Virus record (IMG/VR): IMGVR_UViG_3300009154_000207
Span: 1 to 28,959 of that record
Length of the DNA: 28,959 nt
Origin: a virus
Lineage: Duplodnaviria > Caudoviricetes
Strand: one strand, 5' to 3'
How positions within the stretch are numbered: position 1 is the stretch's first letter; each line of letters begins with the position of its first letter. This document shows positions 1 to 10,241 of the stretch, piece by piece. The notes under the pieces were generated by a model. The model was not told the DNA's origin and ran no database searches. It saw only the letters and a list, made by a program, of their open reading frames with translations. The position numbers and the translations under genes were made by a program.

Positions 1-2
1 TA

Positions 3-428
3 GATTTCAACCCTGTCTATAAAAGAGCTCCATTCGGTCAATTTACGCGTAATAATGAAGTATTACGTGAAGGTGAAATAGTAGACATAGCAGTAGATCA
101 TGATTTAGGAGCAATAAAAAATTCATTAGTTAATTTATTTTTAACTATACCTGGTCAAAAAATCTTAAACCCATATTTTGGTATTAATTTACTTAGATAT
201 CTTTTTGAGCCATGTAGTGTGAGTATAGCGGATTTAATAGGTAATGAAATAGTAGCAGGTATTACAAAATTTGAACCGAGAGTTATTTTACAAAAAGTTC
301 GTGTAATAGCTGACCCGGAAAACAATCAATATATAATAACAATTATTATTTCAATTCCTACAGTAGATACTGGTAGTTTACAACTAGTGGGTAAATTAAG
401 TACTTCAGGCTTTGTTTTTGTTTCATAA
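3..428 (+). CDS. gp25: Baseplate wedge subunit, T4 gp25/GPW-like (5'-truncated by window edge)
   Basis: The frame of the 219..428 ORF is open back to position 3: DFNPVYKR...AIKNSLVNLFLTIPGQKILNPYFGINLLRYLFEP...IVAGITKFEPRVILQKVRV. AIKNSLxNLFxTxPG...PxFG and FEPRV are gp25-family hallmarks. Lies directly upstream of a gp6-like gene. Confidence 0.9.
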   Translation, partial: DFNPVYKRAPFGQFTRNNEVLREGEIVDIAVDHDLGAIKNSLVNLFLTIPGQKILNPYFGINLLRYLFEPCSVSIADLIGNEIVAGITKFEPRVILQKVRVIADPENNQYIITIIISIPTVDTGSLQLVGKLSTSGFVFVS

Positions 429-431
429 TTT

Positions 432-2282
432 ATGGCTAATACTACACAATATAATGATTTTAATTTACCCATAGACGGGTATGCTGCGTTTGATGCTTTA
501 AGCCTAAAAAATTTAATAATCAAGCGCTTAAATTCATCTAATACATATACAGATCAACGCTATGAGGGCAGCAATCTATCAGCAGTGATTGACATTATTG
601 CTTATGCATATCATGTTCTATTGTTTTATCTAAACCGTACAAGCTCAGAAAGCACATTTACTACTGCTGAGCTTTATGAAAATGTCAATAAAATTGTTAA
701 ATTAATAGGTTACAATCCAATAGGTAAACAGACATCAATTTTACCATTCAAAGCTACAAGCAACGGTAATCTTGAAGTAGGTACATTTACAATTCCTAGA
801 TATTCTTTCTTTAATATTAACGGTACAGTATATTCATTTAATAATGATATTACATTTACAAATCCTAGTAGTAAGCAGGGATCTTTAATGGATCTTCAAG
901 ATAATAACTTACTCTATCAAGGTGTATATACTGAATATCCTTCTTATTTTGCTACAGGTGCACCTAATGAAACTATAATCATGGCACTTACCGATCCTAA
1001 TGGTCAAAACATTAGTATTGATCATTTTAATATAGATGTTTATGTTAAGGATAACAGCGTAACAAACGCTAAATGGGTAAAATGGACAGCAACACAATCT
1101 TTATTTTTAGAGCGCTCAAACGCAACAAAATATGAAATAAGACTCAATGAAAATAGTAGATATGAAATTAAATTTGGTGATAATATAGCTGGTAAGCAAC
1201 TATCACTAAATTCTGAAGTTGCTATTTATTATCTACAAACTGCAGAGGCGAAAGGTGAAATCGGACTCGGCTTGCTCGATAATAAGCTACTGTATTTCTA
1301 TAAGACGACAAGATATAATTCTATTCTTGCAGATACGTTCTCTGTCAATCTTACACCTCTAACACAACTTCAGTCTAAAAACATTTTGTTTACAAATACT
1401 GAGTCTTCTACACAATTTATCGATATTGAAGATGCAAACAGTATTAAATCTAATGCACCAAAAACATTTAGAAGCCAGTTCAGACTTATAACTACCGATG
1501 ACTTTATAACATATATAAGTAAAAACTATAGTAATATTATTTCTTCTGTTAAAGTTGTTAATAATTATGATTATATCTCAGGTCATATGAAATACTTTTT
1601 TGACTTGGGTGTAACAAATCCTAATAACGAGTCACGTGTACTTTTTAATCAGGTTAAATTTTCTAATACTTGCAATTTTAATAATGTATACATTTATGCA
1701 GTACCTAAATTAATTAAAACATCATCTCTTAATACTAGAACAAATTATCTCAATAATACACAAAAGCAGTTAATTATTAACGAACTACAAAACGTAAAAT
1801 TAACAACTGCAGAAATTATAGTAAATGATCCTGTATATACTGCAGTAGATCTCGGTATAGCGGCTGTAGATGAAAAGCTTTTACCTTCTATATCTGATAC
1901 CACGAATCTCGTTATAACAAGATCATTTACTTCAAAAATAGACGAAGCACATATAAAGCAAGTAATTTCTAGCATTTTTACAAAATATTTTTCTACTACA
2001 AATGACAATCTTGGCTTAAAATTATCAATTACTGATCTGACAAATCAAATATTAGCTATCGAAGGTGTACTTAATATCAGCACTCAACGCACGATTAACG
2101 GTGTATTAAACACCGTACCTGGTATAAGTCTTATGCTTTATAATCCTGTATATTCGGATACAGATATAGTTATTATAACACAAGATATCAATTTACCGTA
2201 TTTTAAGTTTCCATATCTCAATAACCAATCAAATTTTGCTAACAAGATAAAGGTTATTAATTCAAATACATTGAGTATATAA
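432..2282 (+). CDS. gp6: Baseplate wedge protein, T4 gp6 / baseplate J-like (616 aa)
   Basis: FDALSLKNLI..TDQRYEGSNLSAVIDIIAY..LFYLN..ESTFTTA..KLIGYNP, YEIKFGDNIAGK and IKSNAPKTFRSQFRLITTDDF match the conserved gp6 blocks (DFEGS.LS.LLD.LAY, FGDG..GK, NAP....QNRAVT..DY). Confidence 0.9.
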   Translation: MANTTQYNDFNLPIDGYAAFDALSLKNLIIKRLNSSNTYTDQRYEGSNLSAVIDIIAYAYHVLLFYLNRTSSESTFTTAELYENVNKIVKLIGYNPIGKQTSILPFKATSNGNLEVGTFTIPRYSFFNINGTVYSFNNDITFTNPSSKQGSLMDLQDNNLLYQGVYTEYPSYFATGAPNETIIMALTDPNGQNISIDHFNIDVYVKDNSVTNAKWVKWTATQSLFLERSNATKYEIRLNENSRYEIKFGDNIAGKQLSLNSEVAIYYLQTAEAKGEIGLGLLDNKLLYFYKTTRYNSILADTFSVNLTPLTQLQSKNILFTNTESSTQFIDIEDANSIKSNAPKTFRSQFRLITTDDFITYISKNYSNIISSVKVVNNYDYISGHMKYFFDLGVTNPNNESRVLFNQVKFSNTCNFNNVYIYAVPKLIKTSSLNTRTNYLNNTQKQLIINELQNVKLTTAEIIVNDPVYTAVDLGIAAVDEKLLPSISDTTNLVITRSFTSKIDEAHIKQVISSIFTKYFSTTNDNLGLKLSITDLTNQILAIEGVLNISTQRTINGVLNTVPGISLMLYNPVYSDTDIVIITQDINLPYFKFPYLNNQSNFANKIKVINSNTLSI

Positions 2283-2294
2283 TAATGTGTAACA

Positions 2295-5200
2295 ATGTCA
2301 ACATATCTTAAACAAACCCATATTCTTTATAACGTTGTTGATTATACAAATCAAAATGTACTGTCTACCTATTCACTTTCTTCTACACCATTAAAATTTA
2401 TTCCTGATTTTACAACATCTAATTTACTATCAGGTACAAGAGTCTTTTCAAATAAAATATTGAGATGGGATTTCGGTGATGGTAATTTTTCAAATGAACT
2501 AACACCTATTCATTGGTATAAATGGCCTGGTCAGTATGCTGTAGCGTTAACGGTATATGATAATTACGGTGAGGCTTACGATAGTACCTATAACACTACT
2601 ATTAATGTCTATGATTTTATATCTACAAAAATTGACTATATTGATACCGGTAAAATAATTTTTGATATACCTGCAGGTCAATTATCAGACCCTATAGATA
2701 TCAATACCTACAGTAGCTGGCAGAATACAAAATATATAACAAAAAATGGATTTACAGTAAACTTATATGCGTCTGGCGCAAGAGGTGATTATGAATATAT
2801 TGATAATGTTTTAAAGGATAAATGGACACATTTACGCTCTCTTAGCAGATTTTACACACTATCGACAGTTAATAATAATGCTTCATATACACCTATCGAT
2901 AAATTATATATTAATCCTATACCTGTATATGCAAATATAGAAAACAACAATATACAAATTTGTGAACCCGATGCCCCTGGTGCCTTATTAGTAGGCTTAA
3001 CAGGCACAGGGCGATTCTGGTATACTGATGATAGACCAGGACAACTTACAACAGAAGATAATCCTATTTTTATTTTTGCTACACTTGATAATAAAGGATT
3101 TAATGACAGCTTCACTATAAAGAATAATTCTTACGATGTAATATCATACCCGCCTGCAGGATATCAAACCATAGAACCTGTAGTAATTTCAAATATTAAA
3201 ATCAGATTTAACCCTGCTGCAAGACTCACCGTAACAACAACAGGTATAGATGGAGAAGGTAATGAACCTATAACATCATTTGATATACCTGTTATTAGCT
3301 GGCAGAACACAGATATTCCATATATAGTAAAATTTAAAAATCAAAATAGTTATACAACAAAAAATTACCCCCCACTCTCTTCCTCTAGTGTCACAAACGT
3401 TGTATATGATTTAGATATACCGTATTATAATTTACAAACCGGTATTTTATATAAAGACGAATCTGGGATATATCAACCGTTAAGCGGTGTTACATTTTAT
3501 GAAGATTTTAATGAAAATTCACCTCAATCGCTAGGAGCGTTTTATAAAGGGTTTTTTATACCAACACAATCTTCTGAAAATTGCGTTCTCACGGCATCTA
3601 TTACATTATTGGAACCTGTATATTATGCAAAAGATGCACTTGTAGGTTGGATATCTGTACCGTCATATAGCTCAGCTTTTCAGATTTTAAGAAGCAGTAA
3701 TTATTCAGGCTTCGATAATAGTGTATCTGTATCATTCATAGATAATAATCCCTTTGTAAACACAGAAACTAATTTTGGTATATACGGTATAACTGTGGCA
3801 CCCTCTGGAGCAACAAGTAATCTTGATTATCAAACTTGGTTTGCTGACGCCTATAATGATACTATCATAAAATATGATATATATGGTAATTTACAATCAC
3901 TATATTATACAACAGATATAAACAATAATAAAACATATTTTTATAATATACCACTATCTGCAGCACCAACTATCGTAAATAACGTTGTTACGTTCGTTGA
4001 TTATAGATCACCAACACTCTCAATAGCTACACCAACACAAATAGCACTCGACAGTTATAGTGACCTCTGGGTTTCTCTTGTAGATAGTGGTTATGTATTA
4101 AAGATTAATAATACTACAGGTTATATTGTTTGTGTTGCGGTACCAAGTGGTACTAATCTAGATCTCTCATTAAGTGGTAGCTACAATCAATATAATGGCG
4201 TCGCCGGTGATGGCTTATTTGAACCATCATCAGTAGATACTGATTTAGATAATAATATCTGGGTATGTTATACTAATCCTGCATCCGCTATGGTGATAAA
4301 ATACCGTGGTATAGGTAATTTTACGTTAAACGCTGATATTCTCAATACCATAACCTTTCCTACAAATATAGTACCAGATGAAGTTTTTACAGATAGAAAT
4401 AGAAATGTCTGGGTAACCACAACAAATTACAGCAGCAATAATAACACATTTGATACACGTAATGACCTCCTTTACAAATTTGATATAGAGGGTAATCTCT
4501 TACCGGGGTACCCTTTAAGCGGGTTTAAAGGCTTTGCTTATATTACAATAGACGTAAATCAAAACGCATGGATTGCACATGGCAGAAATCTAATAACAAG
4601 AGTAGATGGATTAACAAATGTAATAACTAATTATTCACCCTTTATTGATGCAAACAATACCGATGGTAATATAACAGATTATATTTGTAGTATAGGTGGT
4701 ATAACAAGTGACACAGCAAATAATCTCTGGGTAATTAATAATTTTAGTCAAAAGCTGTGTATATTTGATATTAAAAATGCTACAGATAAAGTATTACCAA
4801 TAAAAAATGTATTCGAGCTTAATTACCCTACATCTGATATATTACCTATTAGTAGTTACAATACGCCGATAGATATATCTAATCTACCTTACAGTAGCAC
4901 AGGTGTAAAAGAATTCAGAGCTTACGGTGATTGGAATGGATTTAGATGGATAAATAAATATTCTGCACCACAGAGTACTGTAAGAACAATAACAGGTTCA
5001 TCAAATCTATTCAACATTTACCCCTCAACAGGTAAAGATAATATCTCTAAATTAAATGAAAATTGGAATGCATCTGGATACTATAACAACCTTAGATATC
5101 AAGAATCGTTAGTTGATAAAAATGTATTTTTTAATGATTTTCTTGGTGTAATTTTAGGCAATATTTCAGCTCAACCTTATGAACTAGGCAAAACAATTTA

Positions 5201-5870
5201 CGAAAAGATTGCTAATTTTACAGATAATAACGCTGATATTAGTAAATGTAATTTAGAAACTCTCTTAGCATTTTGTGCAGAATTATCAGTAGAATTTGAA
5301 AACTATAACTATTTATTTCCACCACAATTACGTAGATTAATTGATCTTTATTCCATAAAACAGAGTTTATTGTGGGGGGGAATAAATAACTACTCAACAA
5401 ATTTTGATAAAAGGGGTACACAGTTTGCAAACGGGTACTATGGTATAAACCTAGGTTCAAAAATAGACATAAATACCGGTATTATTACAGTAGGGACACC
5501 TATTGTTGCTTTTGAAAAATTTTCACAAAACTATCTATTAACAAATACAAATTTATTTGATAATATAGGTAAAAGCTTGCCGCTTTCGAGCTATAGCGTC
5601 GACTGGGGATGGAATCTTGTGGATAATAATTCTTCTGGTGTGGTAATAGGTGAATATTATGATTTTTATCAATATATACCTGTACAGAGTAATGTATATC
5701 AAGATGGTATTATAGATTGGACCAATACAGGTACAACACTATCACCAGTAAATAGTTCCTTTGAAAGCTGGAGCAAAACAAATGGTATAGTACAAACAGG
5801 TATAAGTTACGAATTAACAAAAGGCATGAAGTTATTTACATCAGCTGCAAATATCGTATACAATAGCTAA
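2295..5870 (+). CDS. Large virion/baseplate-associated protein: N-terminal PKD domain, central beta-propeller, possible gp7/P2 gpI-like C-terminal segment (1191 aa)
   Basis: PKD motif WDFGDG..PIHWYKWPGQYAVALTVYD. Repeated propeller blades IALDSYSDLWVS, VDTDLDNNIWVC, FTDRNRNVWVT, ITIDVNQNAWIA, ITSDTANNLWVI. Position directly after gp6. Confidence 0.7.
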   Translation: MSTYLKQTHILYNVVDYTNQNVLSTYSLSSTPLKFIPDFTTSNLLSGTRVFSNKILRWDFGDGNFSNELTPIHWYKWPGQYAVALTVYDNYGEAYDSTYNTTINVYDFISTKIDYIDTGKIIFDIPAGQLSDPIDINTYSSWQNTKYITKNGFTVNLYASGARGDYEYIDNVLKDKWTHLRSLSRFYTLSTVNNNASYTPIDKLYINPIPVYANIENNNIQICEPDAPGALLVGLTGTGRFWYTDDRPGQLTTEDNPIFIFATLDNKGFNDSFTIKNNSYDVISYPPAGYQTIEPVVISNIKIRFNPAARLTVTTTGIDGEGNEPITSFDIPVISWQNTDIPYIVKFKNQNSYTTKNYPPLSSSSVTNVVYDLDIPYYNLQTGILYKDESGIYQPLSGVTFYEDFNENSPQSLGAFYKGFFIPTQSSENCVLTASITLLEPVYYAKDALVGWISVPSYSSAFQILRSSNYSGFDNSVSVSFIDNNPFVNTETNFGIYGITVAPSGATSNLDYQTWFADAYNDTIIKYDIYGNLQSLYYTTDINNNKTYFYNIPLSAAPTIVNNVVTFVDYRSPTLSIATPTQIALDSYSDLWVSLVDSGYVLKINNTTGYIVCVAVPSGTNLDLSLSGSYNQYNGVAGDGLFEPSSVDTDLDNNIWVCYTNPASAMVIKYRGIGNFTLNADILNTITFPTNIVPDEVFTDRNRNVWVTTTNYSSNNNTFDTRNDLLYKFDIEGNLLPGYPLSGFKGFAYITIDVNQNAWIAHGRNLITRVDGLTNVITNYSPFIDANNTDGNITDYICSIGGITSDTANNLWVINNFSQKLCIFDIKNATDKVLPIKNVFELNYPTSDILPISSYNTPIDISNLPYSSTGVKEFRAYGDWNGFRWINKYSAPQSTVRTITGSSNLFNIYPSTGKDNISKLNENWNASGYYNNLRYQESLVDKNVFFNDFLGVILGNISAQPYELGKTIYEKIANFTDNNADISKCNLETLLAFCAELSVEFENYNYLFPPQLRRLIDLYSIKQSLLWGGINNYSTNFDKRGTQFANGYYGINLGSKIDINTGIITVGTPIVAFEKFSQNYLLTNTNLFDNIGKSLPLSSYSVDWGWNLVDNNSSGVVIGEYYDFYQYIPVQSNVYQDGIIDWTNTGTTLSPVNSSFESWSKTNGIVQTGISYELTKGMKLFTSAANIVYNS

Positions 5871-5873
5871 GTA
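5868..5873 (+). promoter_or_regulatory. Late-promoter-like box TAAGTA
   Basis: 5 nt upstream of ATG 5879. Overlaps the upstream stop codon. Confidence 0.5.
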
Positions 5874-5878
5874 TTGTT

Positions 5879-8800
5879 ATGGCGGAAAATAATATTTTTA
5901 TTGATGAACGGTTAGAAAACTCAATAACATCCTTGACGCCTGTAGTTAATCCAATCGACAATACGACCCCTCTTAGCTTTACAGATTGGTTAAAGTATAA
6001 TACTAAGCTATTTACCACTACACAGGAGTTTCTTACAAGATATCAATCATATCTTGTTAATTGGTATGAAGTAAAGGGTATATCACAAGATACCGCCTCA
6101 ACGGATATTATTAATCTTTACACTAATTTAATTAATACTATTATAATTGATTATTCGTCAGCTGATGAACAGAGATTTTTAAAAAATATAGATGTAACAA
6201 ATAGCCGTGAACTAACAGTAGCTATACCTTTTTTCGCAAAAAAAATAAAAGATATATGCTTGTATTATAGTACATTACGCGATCAAGTACAAACCACGGC
6301 TGTACAGTATAATTTAAAGGGATCTAATACTGGTATTGATAATTTGGTCTATGTTACCATTAATAGAAGTCTCCAATCACAGGATATAGTTAATCAATTT
6401 AGTACATTAAATTTAGTATTATCTGATATAGGTGCCAACATGTATATAGATATTGAAGATCTATATGATACATACTCACACTACTATGATTTAAGCCCTA
6501 TTCTACCTGCATCATCATATGATGTAAGTGTAGGTGATAGAGAAAAATATTTTACCTTCAATCAAGAAGATATAGATCCTTTACAGTTTATAAATAGCAA
6601 TCAAAGCATTGTAAGAGCCATATTATCATATCCTTTTTATCTAATTGAATTAGGAGATAATTTTACCATCGATCCACAAGTCAATTCAAGTCAACTTAAT
6701 CTTCTTAAAGACCGTGACTTTATTAGTACAATTAATAATGGTGATAATACTAATCTAAACATTATCAATCAAGCAACACTCACACAGGAATACATGGGTG
6801 TAGATTTTTATTATATTGCTACAGGTACTACAACAACACAATATACATCAGGGCAGCTTTTTAATGCCACGAGCAAATTTGCAAATATTCTTAATAAAAG
6901 ATATCCCTCTATTGCCGCTATACCTAGCTCTGAATTTTTAAAAACAGCAAAAGAGATCGGACTCTTTTTTAAACCCGATAAAATCGGTCTATCTCAATTT
7001 ACAAATTTTAACTTTAGAGCAGAAGTGGATTTAGCTAATCTTACACCCAATACACTCTATTACTTTCCTGACCCTACCAAATACGGTAATATTTTAGGTA
7101 ATACTAAATTAGAATTTAAAACACCATTTAAATTTTTTGAAGATAACTATTTTAATAAGATAGACTTTTCAAATCAATTTTATTTTGGAGATGTTTATTC
7201 TCACCCTTTTCATCAAACACTAAGAGCATATCAAACACGAGAACAATCTCTTGACTACTCTGATTCAGGCCTTTCAAGATATATAGATTCGCAAGATTTT
7301 TTCACAGGTACATTTGATACGATTTGGAGTCATCCGGATATATATCCTCTTAAGTCCGTAAGTCAATATCCAATACAAGAGCGTCTAGCCAGTCTCTTAG
7401 GTACCGATAAAACATTATTTCAATATAAAACCGATGTATACGGGAATGAATATGGTTTATATAAACCAACAAATATCAAACAACCCGTCCTGAGACCTGA
7501 TAAAACAACATATATCGATTATATCTTTAATGGGTTCAATTTTACAGATTTAAATTACGGAAATGCAAACCCTTCATTAAATTATTCAGGATTAACAGCT
7601 TTTGCACCTAATAGTTTTAGTGGTTACAGTAATGTTGACACTGTTGCTTCCTATACATTTGCTGCAAACCAAGCTACTGTAGATGCCTTTATTTCATATG
7701 ATAATACAACTTATGAATGCTTAATTCGTGATGGTTTATATTTTACAAAACCTAATAATAATCTATTACCTGACTATCCTAGTGATAGCTTTTTATATGA
7801 TCCTGAAAGCGCATTACTTTATTATAATGAGTTAGTTGACGGTGCCCCTTCCTTTGTAACAAAACATCATGTATCAAATCATAGCGTATCTGCATATGCA
7901 GATTTTACTATCAACCCTACAACTATAGCAGAATATATTGATTATGATGGAAATGCTTTTTATATAGATAGTTTAAGCGCTGAACCCTGCACACTCCAAC
8001 CTTATACATTTAATTACACTGAACCTACAAATTTTTTCGATATACAGTTTCCCTACACTAACACAGAAGTTGATCTCTCTCTATCTGGAAAAAATGTAAA
8101 TCGGGCTAGTTTGTATTATATGCGTAATATTGAACACGGTGATTTGTATATAAGAAATGCTGATAGTACTATAATTGAACCTGCATCTGCTGCTCTCAGT
8201 GCACTTTTTATAAAATACCCAACAAACATACGCAACGAATTATATAATAATATTATTAATATAGATGTTTATTACGACACAATTCAAATTGAAACAGATA
8301 ATTATCTAGTTTTTGATACTATTAAATACGATTATACAACAAATAGTATTATAGGATCTGAAAAAGCATATACTGTATTATATAGAGGTATACATACAGA
8401 ATTAGAAAAAATATCAAACGTTTGGTTTGATGAAAGCTTGAATCGACTATTCTATTGTAAAACAACTCTCTTTAGAGAATTTAGTGCTTCGAATGATAAA
8501 GCTATATATCCTGAAATCTATACAATAGATTTAGCAACTAGACAAATAGTACAAATATATCCACCAAAAGTAAAAGAGAGTTTAATTTTTAATGATGTTA
8601 ATCAATTTTCATTATATAATAAAATTATTGAACTGAATATAGTGAGGGTTGAAAAGCCTGTACTCAGTTATAGTACAGAAACAGGGTTATTTACTATAAC
8701 CTATCTTGGTAAGGATACAGCTAACTGTTTTTATATAGTTACAACACGCTTCCAGTATACTGGTACACAAGTTAATATAATATCATGTACATTACATACA

Positions 8801-8935
8801 CCTTCTTCTAATGTCTACAATATTACCTTTGCAAGCCCTATTCATGATATATATCTCGATACCAATACTATCATTGGAACTTCAACAGGCTATGTAGATA
8901 GTAATGATAATACACTAGTATGGGGTCAGGTGTAA
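5879..8935 (+). CDS. Hypothetical structural protein, probably baseplate-associated (1018 aa)
   Basis: Long ORF co-oriented with the baseplate genes, preceded by a TAAGTA box. Contains YNLKGSNTGI, reminiscent of the Y..KG[TS]..GI motif of gp7/gpI-like proteins. Confidence 0.55.
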   Translation: MAENNIFIDERLENSITSLTPVVNPIDNTTPLSFTDWLKYNTKLFTTTQEFLTRYQSYLVNWYEVKGISQDTASTDIINLYTNLINTIIIDYSSADEQRFLKNIDVTNSRELTVAIPFFAKKIKDICLYYSTLRDQVQTTAVQYNLKGSNTGIDNLVYVTINRSLQSQDIVNQFSTLNLVLSDIGANMYIDIEDLYDTYSHYYDLSPILPASSYDVSVGDREKYFTFNQEDIDPLQFINSNQSIVRAILSYPFYLIELGDNFTIDPQVNSSQLNLLKDRDFISTINNGDNTNLNIINQATLTQEYMGVDFYYIATGTTTTQYTSGQLFNATSKFANILNKRYPSIAAIPSSEFLKTAKEIGLFFKPDKIGLSQFTNFNFRAEVDLANLTPNTLYYFPDPTKYGNILGNTKLEFKTPFKFFEDNYFNKIDFSNQFYFGDVYSHPFHQTLRAYQTREQSLDYSDSGLSRYIDSQDFFTGTFDTIWSHPDIYPLKSVSQYPIQERLASLLGTDKTLFQYKTDVYGNEYGLYKPTNIKQPVLRPDKTTYIDYIFNGFNFTDLNYGNANPSLNYSGLTAFAPNSFSGYSNVDTVASYTFAANQATVDAFISYDNTTYECLIRDGLYFTKPNNNLLPDYPSDSFLYDPESALLYYNELVDGAPSFVTKHHVSNHSVSAYADFTINPTTIAEYIDYDGNAFYIDSLSAEPCTLQPYTFNYTEPTNFFDIQFPYTNTEVDLSLSGKNVNRASLYYMRNIEHGDLYIRNADSTIIEPASAALSALFIKYPTNIRNELYNNIINIDVYYDTIQIETDNYLVFDTIKYDYTTNSIIGSEKAYTVLYRGIHTELEKISNVWFDESLNRLFYCKTTLFREFSASNDKAIYPEIYTIDLATRQIVQIYPPKVKESLIFNDVNQFSLYNKIIELNIVRVEKPVLSYSTETGLFTITYLGKDTANCFYIVTTRFQYTGTQVNIISCTLHTPSSNVYNITFASPIHDIYLDTNTIIGTSTGYVDSNDNTLVWGQV

Positions 8936-8948
8936 GAATACAATAAAA

Positions 8949-9113
8949 TTAAGATTTATACATGTGTCGCTTAGGGATATAAGCGCCCTTACCTTCTGCA
9001 ATAATTTGTGACCGTGTTTTGTAAACTGTGTCAACTTTTAGAGAAACAACATCTACTTTTTTACCGAAAAATTTATCGGCTACATTTTTAAAGGCTTTTA
9101 TAAGTTCTGTCAT
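8949..9113 (-). CDS. Small basic hypothetical protein (54 aa, not in ORF track)
   Basis: Manual translation MTELIKAFKNVADKFFGKKVDVVSLKVDTVYKTRSQIIAEGKGAYIPKRHMYKS*. It fills the otherwise empty 8936-9160 gap and stops 13 nt from the convergent gene. Confidence 0.6.
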   Translation of the reverse strand: MTELIKAFKNVADKFFGKKVDVVSLKVDTVYKTRSQIIAEGKGAYIPKRHMYKS

Positions 9114-9160
9114 CGTCTCTTCAATTAATTAGTCTCTAGAGAAGATTTTTTTTAATAATT

Positions 9161-9520
9161 TTATGACAATGTTAAAAGATATTTCAATCTATTTAAAACT
9201 GTAAGCATTTCATCTCTTATATTAAGCAAATCAGAATCCATTACACCATCTAATTCATTATTAAGGGAAATAAGATACTCTATATAACTGTCTAATGTTG
9301 TAGAATATTGATCGTCAAGATTTTCAAGTTCTATATTATATGCAATTTTTGCACGTGATTTACCATACTTACCCATATATACCTCGATAAACTTATCTAT
9401 ATGACCATCTAACTGCTCATATGCCTTACCAAAAGCTTTATGTTGTGCATAGCTTTCACTCTGCCAGTGAAAAATTCTTAGCTGATTTTGAATTCTAAGA
9501 AATGGAGCGAATAGCTTCAT
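9161..9520 (-). CDS. Ferritin/Dps-like four-helix-bundle protein (DUF5856-type phage protein)
   Basis: LRIFHWQSESYAQHKAFGKAYEQLDGHIDKFIEVYMGKYG...DLLNIRDEML..LNRLKYLLTL. The HW..., H..F...Y, D...E pattern matches Dps-like ferroxidase ligands. Confidence 0.8.
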   Translation of the reverse strand: MKLFAPFLRIQNQLRIFHWQSESYAQHKAFGKAYEQLDGHIDKFIEVYMGKYGKSRAKIAYNIELENLDDQYSTTLDSYIEYLISLNNELDGVMDSDLLNIRDEMLTVLNRLKYLLTLS

Positions 9521-9972
9521 TAGTCGGCGTAATATAAAATAGCAGAGCAGGGATTAGATCCTGATACTGCAGTAATAGGAGCATCAATACGAACACCAGC
9601 AGGCAATGAAATACCCTTTAAGATGTCGTTTTGTGTATATTGTGCTGTAATACCAGCTAATGTAGTTGTCGTGAGTGGTAAAATTGCACTAAAATTACCT
9701 ACAAGATAACCTCCAGCTGAAAGATAGGCAAACCCCCCGCTACCTAGAGTATTTGTTTCATAGGTAAGTACAGCATATTTAGGATATACATCAATAGACG
9801 TAAGTGGAGGTACACCTACATTATCCTTAAATGCATTTGACGCGTCAAGATAGTCAGGATTTATTACTGAAATTGCAGGAAATCTTGTATCCCCATCAAG
9901 TCGAACAAACTTACCATATTCAATAAGCTGTGGGTTAGCAACAACATTAGACACACTTGTAGGAGAAGACAT
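9520..9972 (-). CDS. Hypothetical protein (150 aa), possibly virion-associated
   Basis: TAATG stop/start coupling to the ferritin-like gene, TAAATA box 6 nt upstream, S/T/G/A-rich composition like the structural proteins. Confidence 0.6.
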   Translation of the reverse strand: MSSPTSVSNVVANPQLIEYGKFVRLDGDTRFPAISVINPDYLDASNAFKDNVGVPPLTSIDVYPKYAVLTYETNTLGSGGFAYLSAGGYLVGNFSAILPLTTTTLAGITAQYTQNDILKGISLPAGVRIDAPITAVSGSNPCSAILYYAD

Positions 9973-9977
9973 ATAAA

Positions 9978-10241
9978 TTATTTATTGCTCACGACAATAG
10001 ATCCCCACTTTTTTAATGGGCATTCCGTCGTAATCATCTTTAATTTAACCTCAAGAGAACACCCACAAATTCTACAACCACCAGTGTTTAAATATACATT
10101 TTTATCGTATCCCTCTTCACATTTTTCACATAGTGCCATTCTCTCCTTAAACTGCTCGGCTGTAGTCAAACCAAAATCATTCCTCACCCATTCCGCTATA
10201 TCTTCTGTAACGGTCTTAATTTTATTGAACAGAGAAGGCAT
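9978..10241 (-). CDS. Small Cys-rich putative metal-binding protein (87 aa)
   Basis: ERMALCEKC...GCRICGCSLEVK..TECPLKKW: R...CxxC / CxxCGC / CP..KW arrangement common in small phage proteins. Confidence 0.7.
   Translation of the reverse strand: MPSLFNKIKTVTEDIAEWVRNDFGLTTAEQFKERMALCEKCEEGYDKNVYLNTGGCRICGCSLEVKLKMITTECPLKKWGSIVVSNK
9979..9984 (-). promoter_or_regulatory. Late-promoter-like box TAAATA
   Basis: 6 nt upstream of ATG 9972. Confidence 0.55.

Noticed and set aside
1-8935. Bacterial contractile injection system or tailocin instead of phage
   Set aside because: T4-like gp6 motifs, late-promoter-like boxes, phage accessory genes and the absence of host genes favour a large lytic phage, although capsid and terminase genes are outside the window.
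9131-9153. TCTCTAGAGA followed by a T-run as an intrinsic terminator
   Set aside because: The stem is too short and weak with no real loop, and it is about 200 nt beyond the + strand gene end.
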